A stretch of 64,000 nucleotides of DNA from contig CAVPKK010000007.1 in assembly GCA_963705705.1 (NCBI GenBank), positions 224,001-288,000 of the forward strand, in the 5' to 3' direction. The stretch comes from an uncultured bacterium. Lineage in GTDB: Bacteria; Babelota; Babeliae; Babelales; JABCYS01. Of the stretch, positions 20,264-29,999 are shown in pieces. The translations under genes were made by a program, and so were the position numbers. Position 1 is the first letter of the stretch; each line of letters opens with the position of its first letter. The notes under the pieces are model-generated. The model saw nothing but the letters and a program-made list of their open reading frames with translations. It ran no database searches and was not told the DNA's origin.

Positions 20264-20950
20264 TCAAGTTGATCCAAATTGATAATACCACAAAAGCATT
20301 ACAAATGCTGCCAGTGAAAGGGATGCTTTTGGACGCCGCTGTAAGATATTTCCCCGCTCAAGCCTATCTGAAGGAATATCCAGTTTAAGTCTATAGTAAA
20401 AGTCCTTGCCCTTTATTCGAGTTTGCATAGGACACTGAAAGTTCTTTTTTTCATACAGTTTTTGAGCATTTATATTATCACTCTGTACCGCAAGTATTAT
20501 ATTTGGAGCGTTAAGCTTCTTCAATTCCTCTATAGCATGGTCAAGCAAGAGCGTGCCGTAACCCTTCTTTTGATGTTCTGTATCAACACCGATAAGGTGA
20601 AGAAGGCCGTGCCGAGCAATGTGAAAGCTCAGAATATTCATGTCATATGCAGCATAGTTAACAAAACCTACAGTTTTGCCATCGACACGAAGTACATCGG
20701 TTGCATATTTCGGACTTACCAAATACTTTTCAGTGGTGCCAGCTGCATATCCTCTGCTCTCATATGTGAGATGCGGGAAAGCGGTCAAGATTTTTTGCAC
20801 AGCAGTTCCATCACGCTGTTGTTGATACCGTTCGATAACAACTTTAAGCCCACTAGTCTTGGCGTCATCCCGGTCTGCCATTGCATGCAATGAGCCGTCG
20901 ACCATAAACCATGAGAAAATAATTGCGCATATACTAAATGTCGTTGTCAC
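20264..20950 (-). CDS. GNAT acetyltransferase with signal-peptide-like N-terminus
   Basis: IGVDTEHQKKGYGTLLL motif A; NINAQKLYEK. Confidence 0.85.
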   Translation of the reverse strand: MTTTFSICAIIFSWFMVDGSLHAMADRDDAKTSGLKVVIERYQQQRDGTAVQKILTAFPHLTYESRGYAAGTTEKYLVSPKYATDVLRVDGKTVGFVNYAAYDMNILSFHIARHGLLHLIGVDTEHQKKGYGTLLLDHAIEELKKLNAPNIILAVQSDNINAQKLYEKKNFQCPMQTRIKGKDFYYRLKLDIPSDRLERGNILQRRPKASLSLAAFVMLLWYYQFGST

Positions 20951-21002
20951 AGTATTTAGTGTCCCACATTAACTGATTGTGTAATATACATTATAGAAAA
21001 AC

Positions 21003-21082
21003 GGAAAGGGCTCCCATCCGCTGCCACCCTCGCTGCTTCCTTTCGGATCTGACGAATTTGATGGCTGGTATGTAGCCCTTCC
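21003..21082 (-). ncRNA. ffs: SRP RNA (4.5S)
   Basis: Minus strand GGAAGGGCT...TCAGATCCGAAAGGAAGCAGC...AGCCCTTTCC: conserved helix 8 motif in a long hairpin. Confidence 0.92.
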
Positions 21083-21168
21083 CAAGTTATTGTATTTGTT
21101 GTCCGCCGCCGCTTTTTTACCTAATGTTGGTTTTCGTGATCATGCACCAGGTTTATCAAAGGCAACAT

Positions 21169-21259
21169 TGGCGGAGGAGAGAGGGATCGAACCTCCGATG
21201 CCCCTTTCGGAGCATACACGATTTCCAATCGTGCGCATTAACCGCTCTGCCACTCCTCC
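21169..21259 (-). tRNA. tRNA-Ser(GGA)
   Basis: GGAGGAGTGGCAGAGCGG...CACGA-TT-GGA-AA-TCGTG, long variable arm, CCA encoded. Confidence 0.96.
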
Positions 21260-21281
21260 ATACTTTAGCCGAAGTCGTCTA

Positions 21282-21326
21282 CCATCGCACTTTGATCCTT
21301 CGATCAACTCAGGGTGAGCGCGATGG
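21282..21326 (+). repeat. REP-like palindromic element (CCTTCGA...CTCAGG family)
   Basis: CCATCGC...TGATCCTTCGATCAACTCAGGGTGAGC...GCGATGG; core nearly identical to 35896-35932. Confidence 0.8.
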
Positions 21327-21337
21327 CCAAGCAAAAA

Positions 21338-22192
21338 TTACTTTGTTGCAGGAGCGCGGCGTGGGCGTGATGGCTTTTTATTAGCAGCTGCTTTGTTTTC
21401 TTCGGATTCCACTTCTTCAAAACCAGGAATATGGATTTCAGTCGCGGCGGAGGTTGCTGCTGGCGTTTCTTCGCCCGCAGTGGCTGCGGCTTCGGCTGCT
21501 GCTTGTTTATCAGCAACACCTTTTGCCGTACCACGCTCAACTGCCTGGATGAGGTAATCAATAATCACCTTCACTGCTTTTGGCGCATCATCATTGCCTG
21601 GGATCACATAGTTAACCAATGATGGGTCACCATTTGTGTCGACCAATGCAACTACCGGAATGCCAAGTGCTACTGCTTCGCGAAGAGCTGTTTGCTCTTT
21701 CTTAACATCAATGAGCACCAGGGCGCCAACAGGCCAACGAAGGTTGCGAATACCGCCAACAGTTCGTTGCAAGCGATCAGCATTCTTTTGGAATGTTACA
21801 AGTTCTTTTTTGGTATACGGGAACTGTTCCGATTTATCAATAACATCTTCAAGATGAAGTAATTTTGTTACTGCCTTACGAACCTCAGGTCGATTGGTAA
21901 GGGTACCACCAACCCAGCGGCTAGTAATTGTCGGCATATTAAGCTTTTGAGCATCGGCCATAGCCGGTTGTGCAGATTTCTTGGTTCCTACCCAAAGGAT
22001 TTGCTTACCTTCGGCTGCTAGGCCTTCAAGAAATTTAGCTGCTTTTTCGAGTTGGATTGCTGTTTTAGATACATCGATAAGATGGATGCCACTGCGTTGT
22101 CCCCAGATGAATGGAGCATTTTTTGGGTTCCAACGAGAGGTTTGGTGGCCAAATTGAACGCCAGCTTGTGCTAGCTTTCTAAAGTCGATCAT
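21338..22192 (-). CDS. rpsB: 30S ribosomal protein S2
   Basis: AGVQFGHQTSRWNPK, RWVGGTLTN, VDTN, IPGNDD. Confidence 0.97.
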   Translation of the reverse strand: MIDFRKLAQAGVQFGHQTSRWNPKNAPFIWGQRSGIHLIDVSKTAIQLEKAAKFLEGLAAEGKQILWVGTKKSAQPAMADAQKLNMPTITSRWVGGTLTNRPEVRKAVTKLLHLEDVIDKSEQFPYTKKELVTFQKNADRLQRTVGGIRNLRWPVGALVLIDVKKEQTALREAVALGIPVVALVDTNGDPSLVNYVIPGNDDAPKAVKVIIDYLIQAVERGTAKGVADKQAAAEAAATAGEETPAATSAATEIHIPGFEEVESEENKAAANKKPSRPRRAPATK

Positions 22193-22309
22193 GTGTTTCC
22201 TTGCAGGGTTTTGATAATGATCTCTTGGTCCGATGACCACCCTGTATAAGAGACCAAATGTTAATAAAGTTGACCTATTATAGCAGAAATAAGGTTGTTG
22301 TTTAGGGGG

Positions 22310-23290
22310 TTATAGGCCATTGATAAGCGTATCGCGAGCCTGGGTTATCTCCCTGAACCTTTGCTGAATGACAGGGTCTTCCCCTCCTGGTCTGTCAGGA
22401 TGGTACTTGAGACCGAGTTTCCTATATACCAACTCTACTTGTGCCCTTGTAGGATTTGCCGGCAATGGCCCAAATTCACGATATTCGGGCTTTTCCGTAC
22501 ATAGCTCTGTCCAGGCATGAGCCAGGCAATTGAAAGCTTCTGCTTTTTCTTCATTCGACTTTTGCTGCGCCCCAGTAATCGGGAATTTAATCCCTACCTC
22601 TGCAGGCCTCAAATGATCATTCCACCATTGCTCAGAAGCGATTTCTTGCATTTCATCGAGAACAAGCGGTATTTCGGGACCCAACCGCCCGACATCTTTA
22701 AGTATCTCAAATTCCATTTTATTATGACCCGAATAACCTCTCTCAATATTTTTTAAAACTTCTAACACAAAGCCTCGCGCCCGGCCCTGACGCTCATCAA
22801 GTTGAAGGTGCTTTCGTGTTTCAATAAGCCGTACGAATGCATTTCGTAGCTCTTGCTTTGCTTCAGCCTCTTCTTTCTCAAAAGCTTGCTTTTGCTTGTT
22901 ATAAACAACTCGCTCACTACTGAATTTTTTGTAGATGCAACCAGCGACTGTAGCAATCCCAAGCCATGACATTCCTAGCGTGGAAAGTTGCCATTGCTGC
23001 CGTTCAAAACTTTTTTTCAGTGCAGAGACAGTTGCAACATCGCCAAGATCTTGTGCATATTTTATAGCTTGCCAATATATTCCGGCTTCGGACTCACCTT
23101 CAGCAACGCCGCGCACCACTGCTCCCATTTCAGCACTACTATACCAGTTAATATAGCTCAACAGACCATTATGGTTTTTCACCGCCTGATACAAATCGAT
23201 TACACAAGATTTGTTTTGTTCGACAGAAATAATTGGTGATGTGCCAATTAACAAGGCTAGATATAGATACTTTTTGAATGAGAAGCTCAT
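22310..23290 (-). CDS. Secreted/membrane protein with C-terminal J-domain (type B)
   Basis: Signal peptide, TM, YRKLGLKYHPDR...FREITQARDTL; N-domain paralogous to 24022-24711. Confidence 0.85.
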   Translation of the reverse strand: MSFSFKKYLYLALLIGTSPIISVEQNKSCVIDLYQAVKNHNGLLSYINWYSSAEMGAVVRGVAEGESEAGIYWQAIKYAQDLGDVATVSALKKSFERQQWQLSTLGMSWLGIATVAGCIYKKFSSERVVYNKQKQAFEKEEAEAKQELRNAFVRLIETRKHLQLDERQGRARGFVLEVLKNIERGYSGHNKMEFEILKDVGRLGPEIPLVLDEMQEIASEQWWNDHLRPAEVGIKFPITGAQQKSNEEKAEAFNCLAHAWTELCTEKPEYREFGPLPANPTRAQVELVYRKLGLKYHPDRPGGEDPVIQQRFREITQARDTLINGL

Positions 23291-23291
23291 A

Positions 23292-23996
23292 TTAGATATT
23301 CCTTCTATCGATGGAACTTTTTATTTCACGAGCTTCATTTTCATATGCAGCCTTCTGGCGTTGGCGATTCGCGATTTGTTCTTGAGCTCTTGCCAATTCT
23401 TGCGCAACTTCTTCTTTTGTACTGCCAAACCCGAATTCAGAGTCATCTTTCTTAATGCGCCATTCAGTTTTGGATCCATTGAAATGTTTTGGCTTTTCCG
23501 TGACTGCTACATAAACGCCACCAATCATAATAAGCGCCGTTATCCATGTTGCCGAATAAATTTTCTTAACTAAAGGATTAGCGGGCGCCATCTGCTCAGT
23601 TAAAAGCCACGTAAACCACAAGCCAATTTCAGCATCGCCCATTTCTTTGGCATATGCCGTAACTTTATAATAAAGTGCCGCACGGTCATCACCAGCTTTT
23701 TGTGCCATTTTGAAGAGAGGACTGATTCTTGCAGATGCCCATGCAGTTTTCGTTTTTACTAATATATTCCCATCTAATTGAGGAGTCGAAGTTTCATCTT
23801 CTGCGGACACACCGTTCTCCTCAATTTTCATCTGCGATTGTGAAAATCCATTACTTCGGAGTTGGTCATGACATTCTTTAATTATTTTATAGAAAGAAAC
23901 TACGTAGTCTGGATACGATGATTTTTCAGGCTCGGCCTGCACGAGTGAGGCAATGGCGAGAAACAGAAATAAAGGACTAGTTTTTTGCATAGCCAT
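23292..23996 (-). CDS. Secreted/membrane hypothetical protein (type A)
   Basis: PDYVVSFY...GDDRAALYYKVTAYAKEMGDAEI; paralog of 24724-25275. Confidence 0.8.
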   Translation of the reverse strand: MAMQKTSPLFLFLAIASLVQAEPEKSSYPDYVVSFYKIIKECHDQLRSNGFSQSQMKIEENGVSAEDETSTPQLDGNILVKTKTAWASARISPLFKMAQKAGDDRAALYYKVTAYAKEMGDAEIGLWFTWLLTEQMAPANPLVKKIYSATWITALIMIGGVYVAVTEKPKHFNGSKTEWRIKKDDSEFGFGSTKEEVAQELARAQEQIANRQRQKAAYENEAREIKSSIDRRNI

Positions 23997-24021
23997 CTAG
24001 GATTAAAAGTAGTGTGTAGAG

Positions 24022-24711
24022 CTATTCATCATCCGGGCCAGGTTGGTCTGGTCTCAGGCCTTTTACTAGTATGTCGCGCGCATGTGTTATGGCTACGCTT
24101 TTCGCTGGGGCCAATGCTCGAGCAGCTGGACCACCCCAACGCGCCGCTCTATCTGGATGCCAATGCATTTGAAGGGTTCGATAAGCTGCATTTATATCAG
24201 CTTCATTTGGAATCCCAATCGGATCCAACTGTGGCTGACCCATATCATTTAATTCACGGTTGAAGATCTGATAGCCCTCAAGACGCTCTTCTAATGCTTT
24301 GCTTTGCCTAATATCCTCATGCACCGCACTGATCTGCCTAAATCTATACTTAAACAGCTGATATCCAGCTGCAATGCCAACCCAAAAAATTGCATAGAAC
24401 GGCACATTCAAACCTTCTTGTGCGGCAAAACTCTTTTTTAAGGCTACTGCAGTTTTAGGATCCCCGATGTCATAGGCATATTCAGCTGCCTGCCAATATA
24501 TCGAGGCTTTTGATGCACCCGCAGCCTCGCCTTGACGGACTGCCTCTTTCTCTTGGCTGCTATACCAAATAATATAGGATTTCAGGCCAGTATTGTTTTT
24601 AACAGCGGTATAGAGATCGATCACATACGGCTTAACATCTTTATGCTCAATCCCAGATAACGGGGCCATGCTAAATAAGCAGGCGAGTATCAGTAGAAAT
24701 CTTTGTTGCAT
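24022..24711 (-). CDS. Secreted/membrane protein with C-terminal J-domain (type B)
   Basis: INAAYRTLQMHWHPDR...ITHARDIL. Confidence 0.85.
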   Translation of the reverse strand: MQQRFLLILACLFSMAPLSGIEHKDVKPYVIDLYTAVKNNTGLKSYIIWYSSQEKEAVRQGEAAGASKASIYWQAAEYAYDIGDPKTAVALKKSFAAQEGLNVPFYAIFWVGIAAGYQLFKYRFRQISAVHEDIRQSKALEERLEGYQIFNRELNDMGQPQLDPIGIPNEADINAAYRTLQMHWHPDRAARWGGPAARALAPAKSVAITHARDILVKGLRPDQPGPDDE

Positions 24712-24723
24712 GATCTTTAACCT

Positions 24724-25275
24724 CTATCTCCATAACACTAAATCTTGTGAAGCTGGCGCGTACATTGCTCGCCGCTTAACCTCTGCGTAATTACTCACCG
24801 GCCGATAGCTAAATGCAATTATAAGTCCGGCAATTGTTGCCATTGCTGCCATCGAGGTAAATGAAGCGAGAGTCCCTAACCAGCCCGGCACATTGGTTTC
24901 AGCCATTTCATGTGCTAATAAAAAATTCATCCAGGCAGCAATCTCGTTGTCGCCACGTTCAATCGCATATTGAGCTGTTTTATAAAAGAGAGCTGCCGTA
25001 TCGTCGCCGTGGGATTTGGCTTCATCAAAGGAATCTATACTCATATTGATATTGTTTGGTAGTAAGCCTGAAATGTCTGTTGCAGTTATGCCGTGTACTG
25101 TGATGAACATGCGTTCTGGCTTGTATCCCTGCTTAGTAAGTTTTTCATAACCAGATTTTGCAAAATCATATAAAGAAATCACATAGTCCGGAACCATATT
25201 AGCGGTCGGCACTGCATATAAAATCGGACTCATGCCGAATGCAAAAACGAGGCTTAATTGTATCTTTTTTATCAT
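24724..25275 (-). CDS. Secreted/membrane hypothetical protein (type A)
   Basis: PDYVISLY...GDDTAALFYKTAQYAIERGDNEI; C-terminal TM. Confidence 0.8.
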   Translation of the reverse strand: MIKKIQLSLVFAFGMSPILYAVPTANMVPDYVISLYDFAKSGYEKLTKQGYKPERMFITVHGITATDISGLLPNNINMSIDSFDEAKSHGDDTAALFYKTAQYAIERGDNEIAAWMNFLLAHEMAETNVPGWLGTLASFTSMAAMATIAGLIIAFSYRPVSNYAEVKRRAMYAPASQDLVLWR

Positions 25276-25352
25276 GTTTATACCCGTATTTGATTTTAGG
25301 GGAATACAGGATACCTCTTGCGCATTAGATCGCAACGGCTGGTTAGGATATG

Positions 25353-26825
25353 TCAGGCTGCAACGATTTTTTCTTCCTCAGCGCCAATTACTTCATTATT
25401 ATTGATCGCCTGCTCATATCGCTTGCCCAATAGAAAAGCCGTAGCAAACCACAGGCTCAGAATAGAAGCAAAGAATACAGATAGCATCGGCAGATATACT
25501 GCTGCACTAACTGAGGCGGTCACAATATTAAAGGTAGAGCCGGTACTTTTTGCCAGTTTTGATCCAAACGTATCAATCCATGACTTAGACTTGAATTTAA
25601 GATCTTTAATGGTCGGAATATATAAGCTCTCGCGCAATGGTTGGGTGAATGCGTAATTAATAACACGCAATGCTATAAAGCTTATTGCTACAGAGCTAGC
25701 ACTATAAAAGAGCAATACATATATAAGGAACAGCCCGCTGAGGGCTGGGATAAGCATCAAGCACACACGCTCGCCCAACCGTTTTACTAAAGGTTGAGTG
25801 CCAAAAACAGCAAAAACGCTGCCAATGGCTTGGATGAAGAAGATCGGCTCATATAGAGCACAGGTAATTTCGGACATGCTGCTTGCATAGCGTTGTGCCT
25901 CATAAACGCGCAGGTAACTAAAAACTACATAAATAGTTTCGTATAAGAAGACCATACCAAATATACCGAGAACATATGGTTGCCGCACAAAGAGCATTAA
26001 ACCACTTACCATACTTTTTAATGAATTATACATATCATGGAAAGCCCGCTTAATAGGAGAGCCTATATGCGCCACAAACTTTCTTTCCACTTTGGCTTCT
26101 TCCTTTTTGCGTTGCCGTTCAAATTGATACGCAGCTTCATATCCGTGCAGATAAGCGCCTGGCACATATCTCATAAATACGTAAATAACAACACAGGTTA
26201 CCAATAATAATATCGCAGAAAGGACGAGCAGCATCTGATGATTAAAGGTATCAGAAAGCAGTACGTTATCTTTTAAGACGCATGATTTACAGATAAACCA
26301 GGCCAAGGCAGCAGTTAAAGCACCGCCAAACTTAGACGCTGCCGTAATATATGCATAATATTCTTTGGAAAATTGAGGGCTCGAGACAGAATTAACGAAC
26401 GCCCAAAAGACGCTCACTACAAACGGCGGGTACCCTTCTATAAAAAAGTAGAACAGCCAGCCAAAAAGACGGTATGGACTTTGCTCTGTATTAGGGATCC
26501 CAATGGCTTCATTACCTAAAAGGTAGGCGAATAAAAAACCAAGGACGGCCCATACCCCGCAAAAGATCATAACTAACTGATATCTGCGTACCTTATCGAC
26601 TATTCGCGCATAGATGAAAATGAGTGGAATAAGAATGAACATCGTCAAGATACGAGCCCGGGGGATTGATTCCACACCGACTACGTGTCTGAATACAGAG
26701 CTCTTGATCTCATTAGCAATGGTGTAGGATCCGATGATGAAAAAAAAAGCAGCTCCTAAGAACCATACTTTAAGTCGGTCATAGTAGGCCGCTAGCGCTG
26801 GGTTATGCATCGCGGTATGTGGCAT
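25353..26825 (-). CDS. ATP/ADP (nucleotide) translocase, Npt1/Tlc family
   Basis: ~12 TM; FFIIGSYT, VSVFWAFVN, NYAFTQPLRESLYIPT, KFKSKSWIDTFGSKLAK. Confidence 0.88.
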   Translation of the reverse strand: MPHTAMHNPALAAYYDRLKVWFLGAAFFFIIGSYTIANEIKSSVFRHVVGVESIPRARILTMFILIPLIFIYARIVDKVRRYQLVMIFCGVWAVLGFLFAYLLGNEAIGIPNTEQSPYRLFGWLFYFFIEGYPPFVVSVFWAFVNSVSSPQFSKEYYAYITAASKFGGALTAALAWFICKSCVLKDNVLLSDTFNHQMLLVLSAILLLVTCVVIYVFMRYVPGAYLHGYEAAYQFERQRKKEEAKVERKFVAHIGSPIKRAFHDMYNSLKSMVSGLMLFVRQPYVLGIFGMVFLYETIYVVFSYLRVYEAQRYASSMSEITCALYEPIFFIQAIGSVFAVFGTQPLVKRLGERVCLMLIPALSGLFLIYVLLFYSASSVAISFIALRVINYAFTQPLRESLYIPTIKDLKFKSKSWIDTFGSKLAKSTGSTFNIVTASVSAAVYLPMLSVFFASILSLWFATAFLLGKRYEQAINNNEVIGAEEEKIVAA

Positions 26826-26868
26826 TGTGGCTCCAGTTACTTTATTGCAAGTGGGTATTTTTAGGCAC

Positions 26869-26893
26869 AAAAAAACCCTTCATTCGCGAAGGG
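26869..26893 (-). terminator. Intrinsic terminator just upstream of the translocase gene
   Basis: Minus strand CCCTTC-GCGAAT-GAAGGG-TTTTTTT. Confidence 0.7.
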
Positions 26894-26952
26894 CTAATTA
26901 AGGCAATACGATTCCTGTCTGGAATTTTGAGTGGCACGCGCCCGCTATATGG

Positions 26953-26991
26953 CGCTGTGCTTGCTGGGGAATAAATTCCCCGACTCGCTTC
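26953..26991 (-). repeat. 39-bp palindromic element, inverted partner of 27265-27303
   Basis: Reverse complement GAAGCGAGTCGGGGAATTTATTCCCCAGCAAGCACAGCG. Confidence 0.75.
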
Positions 26992-27264
26992 TCTATTATG
27001 GGAGTACATCTATCTATAATGGGAGCACAAGTGCTCATAGAGTCCTCGGCTTTGATTCATGTTGTTGGGTTGGCCTAAATAATAGCAGATCGCGCCAACT
27101 TTGTAACCCTCCGGCGGATACGGCCAATTTAACATGCCTTTTCTATATGTAACCCCCTTGTCCATTCTATATGTAACCTTGGCCAGCCAGACCTAAATGG
27201 GGGGGTGGGATTTTCGCCAAAAGACTGACTTAATGCTATCCTATAGGCTATTCTAAAAATTAGC

Positions 27265-27303
27265 GAAGTGAGTCGGGGAATTGATTCACCGGCGAGCGCA
27301 GCG
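27265..27303 (+). repeat. 39-bp palindromic element, inverted partner of 26953-26991
   Basis: GAAGTGAGTCGGGGAATTGATTCACCGGCGAGCGCAGCG (33/39 identical). Confidence 0.75.
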
Positions 27304-27376
27304 AATTTTAGGTGGCATCAGCCACCAACTTATGCCCTTACCTCTGAGTAGCAAAAATACATCAGGAATTTCCAGC

Positions 27377-29932
27377 ATGATACATCAAACAACAGAACGG
27401 CAAACGGTTACGCCGTCAGAATTAGGCCACAACTTACCTCTTTTACCGTTAAAGAGTGTGGTTTTATTGCCCAAAAGTGCACGACAGATCATTGTTACGC
27501 GTCCATCATCTATGCAGGCAATTGAATATGCCCTAAAGCACAACCGTGCAATTTTTGTTTCAGCACAAATTAAAGAAACTACCGAGCATCCGCAACTTGA
27601 AGATATCTATATAGTCGGTACCAGATCAGTTGTGCATGAGATCATATATCAAGCAGATAATACATTGCGTGTGGTAGTTGAAGGAATTTGCCGAGCACGC
27701 GCAATCCGATCAGATTGGATAACGCCGCAACAACTTTTTGCTGGCGCACAATCTGCACCATTTATGCATGTATATTGTGAAGATATACCAACCACAGGCT
27801 TGGATAAGCAAGCAGAAACTGAACCGATCTGGCGACAACTCACCTTATTATATGGCACGTATAGCAAGCTAAATGCAAAGGCACCTACACATCTACTTTC
27901 ATTTGCAAAAACCATTCATGATGTAGATTACCTTACTGATGCAATTGCCACATTATTAGATCTTAATTTTAATGAACGCCAGGAGCTCTTAGAAACTACC
28001 GATCTCAATAGCCGTATTAACAAACTGTGTATGAGCATCAAACGCGATATCGATATTCTGCAAACGCAGCATCGTATTGAAGGGCAAGTGCAATCACAGA
28101 TGGAGAAAAATCAGCGCGAATTTTATCTTAATGAACAACTTAAAGCGATTAAGAAAGAACTTGGCGAAGAAGCAAATCCTGAGGTGCAGCAACTCCGCGA
28201 GAAAGTTAAAGAGATAAAGCTTTCTGCTGAGGCTACTGAAAAGGTTGAGAAAGAACTCAAACGACTCGAAACTATGACACCGCTTTCGGCAGAAGCTGTG
28301 GTATGTCGGCATTATATTGAGTGGATTATCTCGCTTCCGTGGAGCATTATGAGCCCCGATACTATCAGTTTGGGGACTGCCGAAGAAATGCTGGATAAAA
28401 ATCATGCTGGGCTCAATAAAGCCAAAGAACGCATCATAGAATTTTTGGCAACACAAAAGTTTCTTCTACAATCAGTCGCTACTCCAGCAGAAGAATCGGC
28501 AGCAAAGGATGTAAGCCAAGGCACCAATCATGCACCCATTATCTGTTTAGTGGGACCACCTGGTGTTGGAAAAACTTCTCTTGGAAAATCTATTGCCACC
28601 AGCCTTGGTCGTGAATTCGTTCGCATTTCATTGGGCGGCGTACGCGATGAAGCAGAAATCCGCGGTCACCGACGAACCTACATCGGCTCATTACCGGGCA
28701 AACTGATTCATGCTATGCGAAAAGCAAAAACACAAAATCCAGTAATTTTGCTTGATGAAATTGATAAGATGACAAGCGATACGCATGGCGATCCGGCAGC
28801 AGCACTCTTGGAAGTTTTGGATCCGGAACAAAACAGAACCTTTGTCGACCATTTCTTGGACATTGAATATGATCTATCAAAGGTCATGTTTATTGCTACT
28901 GCCAATCTGATTGAAGGTATTCCCTATCCATTGCTTGATCGAATGGAAATGATCCAATTGGCTGGCTATACAGAAGAAGAAAAATTAACGATTGCAAAAA
29001 AGTTTCTTGTTCCCAAAAATCTTACCGAACACGCATTACAACAAGATGCTTTTATATTGCCCGATCCATTACTCAAAAGAGTCATCAGCGAATACACAAA
29101 AGAGGCGGGTGTTCGTCAATTAGAGCGCGTGATAGCAAAGCTTATGCGCAAAAGTATTCAAATTTTGCTTAAGGGATCTGATTGCAAACCTATAACCATT
29201 ACTGATGAATTGCTTAAAGAGTGGCTCGGGTCGCCCAAGTTTAAGAAGACCACATTAGATGCGCAGGCAGAAAAAATTGGTGTAGTCACCGGCCTTGCTT
29301 GGACTGATCTTGGCGGAGATGTATTGGAAATTGAAGCCACCACGGTGCCAGGTAAAGGGAACATTACTCTTACCGGACAACTGGGTGATGTGATGGAAGA
29401 ATCTGCGCATGCTGCATTAAGCTACATTCGCGCACGCGCCAAAGAGTTTCATCTTGGTGCATCATTTTATTCATCCAAAGACATTCACATCCACTTGCCT
29501 GATGGCGCAACGCCAAAAGATGGCCCTTCTGCTGGTATTGCGATGTGCACTGCGCTCGTCTCTTCGTTGACGAAAATACCGGTGGTCAATGATGTGGCCA
29601 TGACGGGAGAAATTACCTTGCGCGGCCGTGCCATGGCTATTGGCGGACTCAAAGAAAAACTATTAGCGGCCAGACGACATGATGTAAAAAAGGTATTGGT
29701 GCCTAAAGAAAATTTCGATGATATCCAAGAGATTCTGAAAGAAATTCCGAGCGATTTAGAAATTGTCTATGTTGAATCGATGGATGATGTGCTTAAACAT
29801 GCATTAAAAGGAGATCCGCGTATTCCACGCGAAAAGGAAATACAAGAAAAGAAGAAGAAGAATAAGCGCAAGAAAAAAAAGAACGATAAGAAACAAAAAA
29901 AGAAATCCCCTAATAAAATAGTAAAGAAATAA
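27377..29932 (+). CDS. lon: ATP-dependent protease La
   Basis: GPPGVGKTS, RGHRRTY, LDEIDK, PKDGPSAG catalytic motif. Confidence 0.97.
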   Translation: MIHQTTERQTVTPSELGHNLPLLPLKSVVLLPKSARQIIVTRPSSMQAIEYALKHNRAIFVSAQIKETTEHPQLEDIYIVGTRSVVHEIIYQADNTLRVVVEGICRARAIRSDWITPQQLFAGAQSAPFMHVYCEDIPTTGLDKQAETEPIWRQLTLLYGTYSKLNAKAPTHLLSFAKTIHDVDYLTDAIATLLDLNFNERQELLETTDLNSRINKLCMSIKRDIDILQTQHRIEGQVQSQMEKNQREFYLNEQLKAIKKELGEEANPEVQQLREKVKEIKLSAEATEKVEKELKRLETMTPLSAEAVVCRHYIEWIISLPWSIMSPDTISLGTAEEMLDKNHAGLNKAKERIIEFLATQKFLLQSVATPAEESAAKDVSQGTNHAPIICLVGPPGVGKTSLGKSIATSLGREFVRISLGGVRDEAEIRGHRRTYIGSLPGKLIHAMRKAKTQNPVILLDEIDKMTSDTHGDPAAALLEVLDPEQNRTFVDHFLDIEYDLSKVMFIATANLIEGIPYPLLDRMEMIQLAGYTEEEKLTIAKKFLVPKNLTEHALQQDAFILPDPLLKRVISEYTKEAGVRQLERVIAKLMRKSIQILLKGSDCKPITITDELLKEWLGSPKFKKTTLDAQAEKIGVVTGLAWTDLGGDVLEIEATTVPGKGNITLTGQLGDVMEESAHAALSYIRARAKEFHLGASFYSSKDIHIHLPDGATPKDGPSAGIAMCTALVSSLTKIPVVNDVAMTGEITLRGRAMAIGGLKEKLLAARRHDVKKVLVPKENFDDIQEILKEIPSDLEIVYVESMDDVLKHALKGDPRIPREKEIQEKKKKNKRKKKKNDKKQKKKSPNKIVKK

Positions 29933-29985
29933 AAAAACTCCCGCTGCGAAGTTGCATAACGCAATCTCAACAGCGGGAGTTTTTT
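29932..29985. terminator. Bidirectional intrinsic terminator
   Basis: AAAAAACTCCCGCTG...CAGCGGGAGTTTTTT between convergent genes. Confidence 0.85.
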
Positions 29986-29999
29986 GTAGAAGCTATAAA

